Assembly (NCBI RefSeq): GCF_018350175.1
Contig: NC_058383.1
Location: 17,858,001-17,918,000 of the forward strand
DNA from: Felis catus
Lineage: Eukaryota
Reading direction: 5' to 3'
DNA length: 60,000 nt
The notes under the pieces were generated by a model. The model was not told the DNA's origin. It saw only the letters and a program-made list of their open reading frames with translations, and made no database searches. The position numbers and the translations under genes were made by a program. Positions 27,072 to 39,000 of the stretch are shown here, one piece after another; the first letter of the stretch is position 1, and each line of letters begins with the position of its first letter.

Positions 27072-28121
27072 CTGAGGGAGACGGTGGGGGGGAGGGCGGG
27101 GGGGGGGGGGGAGGTGCGGTCAGCCACTTCCGCTGGCCAGCGACCCCGCACGCGCCCCCAGAGCCACGGGCGCCGATTGGCCGGCGCCCACGTGCCCTAA
27201 GTGGGTGGGTCCACCCACAAAACCCTGGCGTTGTCCTCTGCCGCCTCCGCAGCCAGCTGCCTACGCCCCAGAAGGAGCCGGACCTTTCCCCTTGGGCTTC
27301 CCCTTTGACTGCCTTGACCCCGGGGGAAATTTCGAAGGAGCGACTCCCTACTACCCAGAGCCCATTTGGCCTCCCTGCAAAGAAGGAAGGATGAGAAGGC
27401 GGAGGTCCGTGAGATAGTGGCAGATGGAAGGCGTCCCCCAGGCCGTGAGGTTGCCCCATAGCAGGGTGCATCTCCCTACACACCCACTTCTCCCTTGGGC
27501 CGCCGGCCCAAGATAATTAGCCTCCGGCCTCCTTCCACAGACTCAGAGTTTCAGGATCCCCTGATTTCTGTGAAGCTGCCTCTCATCTCATGCTCCCTTA
27601 CCGCCCACACCACCATGCACCAGTCCCTTCTTTAGCTCTCAGATTCCCCCGTGCCCCCCCCCCCCCCCCCAAGCAGCCTGGGCATCCTCTGCAAGCCCCT
27701 AACTGTCCATTCTGGCCCTGCTTTCCTTCCAGGCACCAGGCTTATTTCCACAGCATCCTGGGATGGCAGAGATGCTGCCCGCCATTTGTTCAGGTGAGTG
27801 GACTGACCCCCAGAGAGGGCAGGCCCAGACCCCAGCCCAGCTCCAGGTACCCATTAGCCATCTGCCTTTTTCTAAGACCTCACTCCACATCTCTACTGCC
27901 ACCTGTATCTCCCTTCTCTGTCTTTTCCTCCATACCTTGCCTCTACTTCGGACTCTCTTTCCTTTCCCCCTTTTCCCTTCAAGATTCCTGATCCTCACAT
28001 CAGCTAAGGCCATTCCCACCCTTAAAGCCGCTGCTCAGTACTCCAGTTCCACAAAGCCCTGCCCTTCCCCTGGCCACAGACACATGTCCCCTCGCCGACC
28101 CTCCCCTGTTCCCTTGCCTAC

Positions 28122-28176
28122 CAAAGAAAAGAGGCCCAGACAGCAGCAGTCTCACTACGATGGTGCAGGAATTCAT
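28122..28176 (-). CDS. ITGAL: Integrin alpha-L (CD11a) coding exon 1, signal peptide MNSCTIVVRLLLSGPLFF
   Basis: ATG at 28176 (minus), 55 nt to GT donor (gtaggc); phase-compatible with exon 2. Confidence 0.9.
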
Positions 28177-28254
28177 CCTTCCAGCGGCCGCAGGGACCTG
28201 ACCAAGGAAGGCTCCAGGTTCAGAGAGCCCTGGGGATTCGCTGACAACCCAGAC

Positions 28255-28390
28255 AGGGTGGAAGAGGAAAATGACAATGCCCCAGGGCCTCTTGCAGTGG
28301 GACTTTCTCACAGAGGCGCCAGCCTGGTGACACTGGGCGGGGGTGAGCCTGTAGGGGTTGTGAAACCGCATGAGTTGAGAGGAAGTGTAA
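28255..28390 (-). promoter_or_regulatory. ITGAL: ITGAL TATA-less proximal promoter
   Basis: ETS/PU.1-type GAGGAA at about 28264 and 28379, GC box GGGCGGGG 28335-28342, RUNX ACCGCA 28365-28370, NF-kB-like GGGACTTTCT 28299-28308; fits the known Sp1/ETS/RUNX layout of the CD11a promoter. Confidence 0.65.
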
Positions 28391-28769
28391 CCAGGTTAGA
28401 GACATTTCCTGTGCCTGCTTGCATTTTCACATCATCCAGGAGCAGACAACACGGTAGGCAGATGACCACCTCTTCTGCCCAAGGCCTGCTGATCCATTGT
28501 CTTTCACCAACACAAACGGAAGACTCTGTAAAGCTCAGTAAAGGACTGGTCAAATAAACTGTGGTACAAACATAATGGGATGCCACCAAAAAAAAAAAAA
28601 AAAAGAGTAAGGAAAGAAATAAGGTAAAAAAAAGAAAAAGAATGAGATAGCTTTCTCTTCACATTGAAAAATGCCCATAATACCCTGTTGAAGAAAAAGA
28701 GCAAGTTACAGACAGTATAGTTAGTGACTTATTTTTCTTCTAAAAAACAGAAAAGCAAAAAAAAAAAAA

Positions 28770-29007
28770 AAAAATCCACAGAAAGGGAGAAAATATTTGC
28801 AAATCACATATCTAACACAGGACTTGTATCCAGAATATACAAAGAACTCTCGTAACTCAACAGTAAAAAGACAAATAACCCAGCTTTTCAAATGGGCAGA
28901 GAGTTTACATAAACATTTCTCTGAAGATGACATGTAAATAGCCACTAACATAGAAAAGATGCTCGGTATCATCAGTCGTTAGGGAAATGCAAATCAAAAC
29001 CAAAATA
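28770..29007 (+). mobile_element. Older L1M ORF2 fragment
   Basis: GAGAAAATATTTGCAAATCACATATCT...ATCCAGAATATACAAAGAACTC L1 signature. Confidence 0.75.
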
Positions 29008-29217
29008 AGGGGCACCTGGGTGGCTTCGTTCGTAAGCGTCCGGCTTTGGCTCAGGTCATGATCTCACTATTCCTGAGTTCGAGTTCCGCATCAGGTTGAC
29101 AGCTGACAGCTCAGATCCTGGAGCCTGCTTCAGATTCTGTGTCTCCCTCTCTCTCTGCCCCTCCCCTGCTCACCCTCTGTCTCTCTCTCTCTCAAAAGTA
29201 AATAAACATTAAGAAAA

Positions 29218-29249
<32 letters not shown>

Positions 29250-29302
29250 AAAATGGTGAGATTCACAGTACGTGAATTCCATCTTTAAAAAATGAAAAAT
29301 AT

Positions 29303-29930
29303 GGGAACGCAAGCTGGTGCAGCCACTCTGGGAAACAACATGGAGGTTCCTCAAAAAACTAAAAATAGAACAACCCTACGACCCAGCAATGGTACTACTA
29401 GGCATCTATCCAAGGGATACAGGTGTGCTGTTTCGAAGGGACACATGCACCCCTATGTTTATAGCAGCACTATCGACAATAGCCAAAGTATGGAAAGAGC
29501 CCAAATGTCCATCGATGGATGAATGGATAAAGAAGAGGTGGTAGATACATACAATGGAGTATTACTCGGCAATCAAAAAGAATGAAATCTTGCCATTTGC
29601 AACTACGTGGATGGAACTGGAGGGCATTATGCTAAGTGAAATTAGTCAGAGAAAGACAAAAATCATATGACTTCACTCATATGAGGACTTAAAGAGACAA
29701 AACAGATGAACATAAGGGAAGGGAAACAATATAAAAACAGGGAGGGGGACAAAACAGAAGAGACTCATAAATATGGAGAATATGAGGGTTACTGGAAGGG
29801 TTGTGGGAGGGGAGATGGGCTAAATGGGTAAGGGGCAGTAAGGAATCTACTCCTGAAATCATTGTTTCACTACATGCTAACTAATTTGGATATAAATTAA
29901 AAAAAATTAAAAATAAAATTAAAAAAAAGG
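29303..29930 (+). mobile_element. Carnivore LINE-1 ORF2 C-terminus and 3'UTR
   Basis: QPLWETTWRFLKKLKIE..CTPMFIAALSTIAKVWKEPKCPS; A-rich tail. Confidence 0.92.
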
Positions 29931-30571
29931 AAAGCTGAATTCAATCTATAATATTTGGCAATTTATAGAGAGCACCCATAAAAGTGAATCACTGTGTCAT
30001 GAAAGAAATCAGATGGAAAAATAAAAAAACAGAAGTTGAAATTGTTTGTGCGTGTGTGTGTGTATAAAAAATCTGAAAAGACACACAACCAAACTCCCAA
30101 ACAGTGGTTACCTCTGAAGAATAACGTTGACACATTTCTGTATTGTCAGATCTTTTTTTACAATGAGGATGTATAAGTTATGTAACTAAAAAAAATACAA
30201 ATAGTTAAAAGCACAACAGAATTGAGGAACTTGTCTTCGCTTATGGGAAAGTGGGAAGGACCTTCAGATTCTCCCTCTGTTGTGAAGAAATCCTGTTCAG
30301 CTTGCAAAGCCACTTTCAGTAGCTGTCCCTGGGGAAGGCTTTTGCAGACAGATTATCTATAATCTGCTGCTAGGCAGCTACAATGTGACAAGTTGCCTCC
30401 TAGTACTTAGATAATATCAGGTAGTCTTTTTCAAATTCAGTTAAAATCAGATTATTCAGACTGATTCCTTTGGTCCTCTGTGCAGTGGTTACGATTTACA
30501 TCTGACCAAATTCTTTTCTATTGTTCTGAGATGACAAAAAAGAACATACACTTAAAAATTCAAACATTACA

Positions 30572-30780
30572 GGGGCGCCTGGGTGGCTCAGTCGGTGAAG
30601 CGTCCCACTTCAGCTCAGGTCGTGATCTCACGGTTTGTGAGTTGGAGCCCCACGTTGGGCTCTGTGCTGACAGCTGAGAACCTGGAGTCTACTTCAGATT
30701 CTGTGTCTCCCTCTCTCTCTGCCCCTCCCCCCCCACTCTCTCAAAAATAAACATTTTTTAAAAGTATAAAATTTAAAAAA
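30572..30780 (+). mobile_element. CAN-SINE
   Basis: TSD AAAATTCAAACATTACA. Confidence 0.9.
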
Positions 30781-31298
30781 ATTCAAACATTACAGAAGCA
30801 TGTAAAGTAAAAGGAAGAAAACTCTCTTTTAACATCCACCCCAACTCCTAAATCTCAAAAATAACCACTGGTAATAATTTAGAGCCATAGATTCTTTGTG
30901 ACAAAAAAAAAAAAATGTCAGTTCTAATAATTAACCATACAGGTTGGACGTGTTTGGAAAAACTAATTATCTTCCCACAGAGCATCTAACCCAGAATTAA
31001 TTGTCAAATCAGCCCTCTCCAGAGTAAAGGTTTTCTTCTAGGCCATCTTCAAAATTTAGATTCTTGAATCAGGGCTTATGTTTATAGAAACTTCAAGTGT
31101 ATCTGTAACAACCCCTGGGATGGAAGGAATTCAGGAAATGATCTCAAAGTCTCTACTGCTTGGATTATAGTCTATGTGTGTGCTTCAGCAGGTAAGTATA
31201 CTCATTTACGTATTTATCAGATTTTGTTTTTCAGTTTGTTAATTCATTTAATTTATTTATTAAGAGACAGCAAGAATGAGTGGGGGGAGAGGGGCAGG

Positions 31299-31340
<42 letters not shown>

Positions 31341-31677
31341 CTTAGCATGGAGCCTGATGCAGGAGTCGATTCCACAACCCTGGGATCATGATCGGAGCCA
31401 AAATCAAGAATCAGATACTCAACTGAGACACCCAGGTGCCCCTGGTTTTCAGTTTAAAAGAGCAAAAGAACATTTTTTCCCCCTTCTGTTTGAGGGCTAT
31501 AAATCTGAGGAAGCCTCAAAAGTACAAGGAAGCCCCAAGGATTCTAGGGAATCAGAGGTTCCATGTTGGAGAGAGCAGATGACTCCCTGAAGAGTTGGGT
31601 TGCAGACATCTGAGGCTGGGACCACGTGGGGAAGTCCTGAGACAGGATGTTCCTTGCACACTTGTGGGCGCGTGCGT

Positions 31678-31711
<34 letters not shown>

Positions 31712-32774
31712 CTTCCTTAGTCACAGGCCTTTATCATATCTCAAATAGTCTGTTCTCTGAGGGCTCAGTTGGGTCTCTCAGTTCCATTCCATTTGCCCAA
31801 ACGCCCATCAGTTCTCACGGGAACAATTTACTGCCACTGTAGCTCTTCCTTTCTTCACTCTCCTGCCTCTAGAGAAGGTTCCATCTCCTGGGGAAGGTCC
31901 GTATTAACCTTGAGAAACCTGAGCTTGTCTCTCTTAGGCTTTGAAACCTCTGATGATTCTCCTTTTGCATACACACGATCATCTCCAAGCTTGTTGGCAT
32001 GGCTTGCAAGGGCCTTGTTGCCTCTCTAGACTCTGTGCTCCAATTTAGTAAATGACTCATCAGTGTTCAAACAGATGAAGCATCTAGAGAGGACTTTACG
32101 AAACTCAAAGCATTGGCCTTACTGTCACCCACTTCTGAGGAAAGCAGCTGCAGTAGGAGCCTTCTGCTTGATGTTATCTTGGCTGCATCAAATGAGCAGT
32201 ATGAAACTGACAGGCCAGGGGCGCCTGGCTGGCTCAGTCAGGGGAGCATGTGACTCTTGATCTCAGGGTTGTGAGCTTGAGCCCCATGTTGGCTGTAGAG
32301 ATTACTTAAAAATAAAATCTTAAAAAAGAGTAGGAAAGAGGGACGCCTGGGTGGCTCAGTCGGTTAAGCATCCGACTTCGGCTCAGGTCACGATCTCAGG
32401 GTTCGGGAGCTTGAGCCCCGCATCAGGCACGCATCAGATGAGCTCAAGGCCTGCTTCTGTGAATATGAGCCCTGCTTAGGGTGAGCCCCACTTCTCTCTG
32501 TCTCTGTCTCTCTCTCTCTCAATCTGCTCCTCGCTCACTTGCACCTTCTCTCTCTAAGGAAGAAGGAGGAGGGGCACCTGGGTGGCTCAGATAGTTAGGT
32601 GACTGACTTTGGCTCAAGTCATGATCTCACAGTTTGTGGGTTCGAGCCCCACGTCGGGCTCTGTGCTGACAGCTCAGAGCCTGGAGCCTGTTTCGGATTC
32701 TGTGTCTTCCCCTCTCTCTGCCCCTCCCCTACTCACTCTCTGTGTCTCTCTGTCTCTCAATAATAAATAAACAT

Positions 32775-32931
32775 TAAAAAAATTTAAAAAAAAAAAGGAG
32801 GAAGAGGAAGAGAAGAAAGAAAGAGAAAGAAAAAAAGAGAAGAGAAGAGAAGAGAAGAGAAGAGAAGAGAAAAGAAAAGAAAAGAAAAGAAAAGAAAAGA
32901 AAAGAAAAGAAAAAGAAAAGAAAAGAAAAGG
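32775..32931 (+). repeat. Polypurine (AGAAG)n/(GAAAA)n microsatellite grown from a SINE tail
   Basis: Direct reading. Confidence 0.9.
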
Positions 32932-35900
32932 AAATTGATCGTGCTGGCAGGGAGACAGCTAACCAAGGGCAAGGTAGCCTCAGATAGACTGAACCCAAAA
33001 GATGCCAGCTTTCTTCAGGATGGCTTAGTTGCTCCACTTACCAACTGTTCCATGAAAATGGACTCAAGCATATCATGTCACAGAGGAGTGACAAATGTGA
33101 CCCTACGCTGGGAAGTTCTGGGGTACCCAGGATCTGTGCATCTAAGATGAAGCCAGCGGCCTGGATGCCTAAGCTCTTCCGTGTCCATTGTAAGGTAAAA
33201 TGATTTCAAATATGTCTTATTTTTCTATAGGTCCATCTGTAAACGATGAGAGAGAATCTTCTCTTGCTCCGCGCAGGAGAGTAAACAAGCTTTTGTGTGC
33301 AGCCATTTCTCATCTTCATCACTGCTCATTCCCTGGCCCGAGCCACCATCACCTAGTGCCAGGATTTTGTGGCAGTCCCCTAACTGGTCCCCTGCTTCCA
33401 GTCTTGCCCCTGCTATAGTCTGTTCTCCATACAGCAGCCAGGAGGATCCTTTAAATATACAAGTCATGGGGCTGAGCCTGGATGGCTCCGTCGGTCAAGC
33501 GTCTGACTCCTGGTTTCATCTCAGGCCATGATGTCATGGTTTATGGGATGGAGCCCCATGTGGGGCTCTGTGCTGACAGCAAGGAGCCTGCTTGGGATTC
33601 TCTCCTCTCTCTGCCCCTTCCCTGCTCTTTCTTTCTCTCTCTCAAGATAAATAAATAAACATTAAAAAAATAAAATAAAAATATATGTCAGATCATGCTG
33701 CTTTCTTGCTCAAAACCTTTTGGTGGTTCTCCATTTCACTCAAAATACAAGCCAAAGTTCTCATTGTGGCCTTGAGGGACTTAAGTTGTCAGATACATCT
33801 CACTATCTTTCTGAAATCTAGTCCCCATCTTGCTCACTCCTTTTCAACTACACTGCTGTCCTGGCTCTTTGTTCAGTCCAACACACCTTTGCCCCAGGGC
33901 CTTTGCACCTGCTCTTCTCTTCCTTGGGTTTCCCAAGAAAGCCTCATGGCTCATTCCTGGATCATCTCCTCTGAACTTTTCTCCTTAGCAGTTATAGGGC
34001 TTCAGCTTATAGTATTTAATTTACTTATCCATCTGGTTTACTGTCCACCTGTTAGAATATGAACTCCACCAGGGCAGAAATACTGTTTCTTGTTGCCATT
34101 CACTGCTGTATCCCCAGTACCTAAAACAGTTCCTGGAGCATAGCAGGTAAATATTTAGTCAGCAAATATTCACCGAGGAGTGAATGCTTGGGGCTTCCCT
34201 TGCCCCTAAGGATAATTAAGCTTTCCAGGGTCTAGACTCTTAGGACCAAAAAGCTGTATTGTCCGAAAAGAAGAGGTTGAAGGAGTTGAAAGAAGAGGCC
34301 TGAATTCCCAGAGTCAGGAATTTATTTAATATAGGGGCGCCTGGGTGGCTCAGTCGGTTGGGCATCTGACTTCGGATCAGGTCATGATCTCAGAGTCTGT
34401 GAGTTCGAGCCCCACATCAGGCTCTGTGCTGACAGCTCAGAGCCTGGAGCCTGCTTCGGATTCTGTGCCTCCCTCTCTCTCTGCGCCCAACCCACTCGCA
34501 TTCTGTCTCTGTCTCTCTCAAAAATAAATAAACATTAAAAAATTTAATATATAAAATTAAATGATACACTGGTGGCAGGTTAGAAAGAAGTTGGGTCCCT
34601 CCAGAACAGAAACTTGGAGGACACAGAGGGGATAGTCATAAGTGAGGGGAGAACAGGGCAGAAATGCAGAGAAATAGATGTCATGAGAGAGAATTCATGA
34701 GGTCTACAAACAGGGAACGGTGACAACTGAAAGGCTACCTCCATTCCCGATGGCCTCTCTCGTGCCAGTCACAGTAGGGCCACACTGAACCCTTTCTCCT
34801 GTGCTTAAATGAATAACATGTTGAATAAGCAAGGGTGTGGCAGCAGGGAGCCTCGGGGCGTGCCTGGCTGATGTAGAGGGCCGCTGGAAAAGCAGGCTGG
34901 TGCCTCCCTCTCCCCTTTACCCCCCAATCCACCAGGCCTGACTGCCTACAAACCCAGGACGAATCGGGGCAAAGTTCTCTTTTCTGATTCACACAGAAGA
35001 TTTGCTGGTGCAAATGGTGTGCTTGCCCAGCTGCTACCTCCCAGCCCAGGCTCCCCACCCACCACTTCCTCCTGGGTACAGTGACATGGGCCCCTTTGGT
35101 CAGGATGGTTCTGACAGAAATATCTGGGTCACCACAGGGCTCCTTCCACTTCTTCCCACCTGCCAGGGGAGGGAGAAACTGCCCTACCCCCGGAAGGGGG
35201 CCTCAGGGGAGGGGAGGATATGGAGGCCCAGAGGGGCTTAGAGGCCCCCACCTATTGCAAGGCCCTTATGATCTCATGGCTAGGCACACCAGAGCATTCT
35301 AAAGTTCTAGAAACTCTACCTGGATTTTCTGAGGAAGGGCTGACCTGAACATACCACAGGTAGGGATTTCCTACAGATGGCACTCTTGAGTATTCACGTG
35401 CAGTTCACGGGGCCCTGATGTCACTGGGTGACCTCACTCCAGGGCCTCTGTTTCCAGCCCCTCAGCGTATGGTTGATTGTAGCCGAAAGAGCCCATCATT
35501 CAGGACCAGAAACCTGGGAACCAGCTCCGAGCAGTACTGTCTTGCCGTGTTGTGCCAATGACCCTCTTCACCTCTCTGGGCCTTTGTTGCTTCCTCCATA
35601 CCCAGATCCCAGGCTTCTGCAGGACTCACCAGTCTATGAGTCCAGACAAGATCATATTAATGTTACCACCGCCATGTTGTTGCCGTATTACCCCCACCTG
35701 CTAGTACAAGGTCTCCGGCTTTCTGCAGAGTCTCTGCAATTTCAGAAAGTCTTTAGAGGTATTTCACCTGTGCTCTACTCCCTGGTATGTGAGCTGCTCA
35801 AGGCTTCACATCTTGGCTGTCGTTCTATAACCAAAACTGGAGCTAGAACATTTCTTGGCTATTAGCCCAAGCCCTTGAAATACCAAGACTGGGGTAGAGT

Positions 35901-36002
35901 CGGGAAGAATTTCTCTCCCTGCTTTGAGTTACACCAAGCTCCAACTGTTTGGGCTCCAGGGTGTGCAGGCTAGTAAGGCAGCTCTTTCAAGTTTTACTTA
36001 TG

Positions 36003-36033
<31 letters not shown>

Positions 36034-39000
36034 GTCTCACTCAAACACGGGATTTATGTTCAGGGGTCTGAGCCAGACTTACACTTGCATAATAGCTACT
36101 ATGTACAGGAAGGATCACTACTCCCATCTAATGGCTAAACGTTCATTCCTGGGTCAAGTTCATTCTGGTCTGAGCCTCCCCACTCAGGGCACTCCTACGC
36201 TCCCTCTTGAATAGGAACCGCATTAGTTCTCCAGACACGGCCCACTTGTTCTTGAACTTCCAAAATGACCAAAACTCACATTTGGCCTACAATGGGGATC
36301 TTGGTAACCTCAAGCTGTCTTCTTTGTTACATCAAGGAAAGCAAACTCCCTGCCATCGCTCTACCCCAGTGGGAAACAGGAAAACATTTCCTGTCTTCTG
36401 ACCAGGTCTCTTGAGTCCATCTAGAAAACAAGTCAAACAGAACCTGGTGGACTTGTCATTGTATGATGTGTTTGCTCTGTACAACAAGGTGGAGGGTTTG
36501 GGGGAAGCAGAAGCTCTCTTGATTATCTAAATGATTAGGAAGGCTTCCTCCCTCGTCTCACCACCTCTTTAACCCTTTCCGCCACTCCTCCTCCAGCTGA
36601 ATGTTCCTGAAGCTCGTTCAGGGGCTATGGATGAGTCCCTATTAATTTAGAGGGTCCGGGCCAGATGTCATACTGTGGCAAGTCACGGGCACCCATGTGG
36701 GCTTACTGAATGAAAACACATATATTTGTCTCAAGGATATCACAAAACCCTTAGAAGAACCCAAATACGATCAGGTCTTGCAGGCGGCTGGAAGAGGGCA
36801 TCACATGCTCCCCATCCTTCTCTCTTTCTGTAAGCCACCTTTCCCCACGTCTTCAACAAAGTTTGGAGAAGGCTGCCCTCCAGGGCCAACCGCAGCTCCA
36901 CGTCACACATCCTCTGAATTCCCACACTCTCAGGAAGGAGAATTTGAAACGGCCAACCTCTTTGTGTCATCCTTCATGACACCTTCGATTAGAAGTGTAG
37001 TAATAAAGTTTCAGATCTGAAAGGACTCTTGAATGTCACCTAATTCAACTTTGGCCTGCTGCGCAAAAGTCCCTTATATAATACCTCCTATTAAATCTTC
37101 AATCAAATTCTCCTTACACACCTACAGAGACAGGATGCTCATGACTTTGTCCCAAGGAGATCCGCTGCGTCTCCGGCAGCTCTTCTTGTAGGAAAATTCT
37201 TTTTTTTTTTTTTAAGTTTATATATTTATTGAGAGAGAGAGCACACAGGGGAGGGGCAGAGAGAGAGAGAGAGAGAGAGGGAGAGAGGGAATCTCAAGCA
37301 GGCTCAGAGCCAGACATGGGGCTCCACGTGGGGCTCGATCCCACCAACTGTGAGATCACGTCCTGAGCTGAGATGAAGAGCTGGACACTTAACCGACTGA
37401 GCCACACAGGTGCCCCGGAAAATGCTCTCTTGTATTACGACACGCAAGTTTGCCTCTTTGTGACATCCATAACTTAGACCTGGTTCTGTCCCGCAGAAAT
37501 GCCTGGGGACAAATCTGTTCTCTTTCCCATCTGGAAGCCCCTTCAGAAGTACAGACAAGGCTTACATGTCTCTCTTCCAGGCTGAACACCCTCAGTTATA
37601 CCTAATAGTCCCCATGAGGCAAAGTCTCAAGTCCTCCGACTGCCCCAGGACGAACACCTGTTTCAACTATCCTCCTAAAATTCTGGTGCCCCAAGAAATA
37701 AACGCAACAAGGATCTTCAAGGAAATCCTTTAATTAAAAAAAAAAAAAAGGGCGTGGGGGAATATCTAACAATAATAGGAAGTTGGTTATACCAATTACA
37801 TAAATCCATTTTATGCAATAGTATTCAGTCTTTAACAAAATATGGTAGATTTACAAGTACTAGCATAGAAAGATTGTCATGATGATCCAAGTAGAAGAAA
37901 AGCAAATTACAAAATAGCGTGTGTTACACCTTACTTGCCTGCTAGGAAGGAGGTCTGCCTTTCTCATCCTGTCTCTCTCCCACATCTCTACCTCTTAAAC
38001 ACTTCATTGTTTGGTGTAGACATTTAAAAAATTGGGGGGAGGAGAGGCGCCTGCCTGGCTCAGTCGGAAGAGCATGTGACTCTGAATCTCCAGGTTGGGA
38101 GTTCAAGGCCCGCGTTGGGTGTAGAGATCACTTAGGTAAATAAACTTTTTAAAAAATTGGGGGGAGGATATTTAATGAACTCTACATAGTTATTTCTAGA
38201 TTCTAGAGATGTCCTGAGTTATTTCTAGAGTATAGAGGATGAGGTTTTAGAGATCTTTTATTATTATGTCGTGTTTGGCTTTTTAATAAAAGGCACCGAT
38301 AACTGTTTTAACCAGAAAACAACAATAATAAGGGATTTTAAAAATGCTTTAGTGAGCCCCAAATAGCAGGGTGCTGATCTCTTACCTCATTCACATTCTT
38401 TGCATTTAGTCATTCAACAAATGCTCTCTCTAAGGGCTTCTCTGTGTCAGAGCTCATGCTGGGCCCTGAGCAGATGGAACCCAGTGAGGTATGGTCCAAG
38501 CTGTAAGGAGCTCACAGAAGTCAGAGAAAATCTAGATGATAACTGTTAGAACAAGGAAGTTCTGGGGTCATGGGATCACAGGGGAGGAACTTCCTGAAGT
38601 CTTGAAGACAGTAGTGGTCCTCTGCTGCATCCTTCCCCTGCAGTGTGTTCTTTCACTCCCCACAGAGTGATCTTTCAAAATCACAAATGCAGCCATGTCA
38701 TCTCCCTGCTTAAAACCAATCCTGTGACTTCCTTTTTCTCTGAGGACAAAAAGTCCAAAATTCTTTCACATCGCCCATCAGATCTTGTATCTAATCCATC
38801 AGGAAGTCTGTTGGCTCCACCTTCAAAAAATATCCAGACTGCGACCACCTGTCACCATCTCCAGTGTAACCAAGTCACCGTCGTCTCTCCCCTGGGTTTT
38901 TGCCAGAGCCTTCGCACTGTCTCTCTGCATCCACTTTCCCAACCATGTCTACCCTCACTTCAGCCAGAGTGGCCACATCACTCCTCTGGTCTAAACTGCC

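Noticed and set aside
27763..28557. 264-aa plus-strand ORF across ITGAL exon 1 and promoter
   Set aside because: Low-complexity, no domain, antisense to a known exon
31871..31940. 24-nt micro-exon followed by another acceptor
   Set aside because: Implied intron of about 41 nt is too short for the mammalian spliceosome
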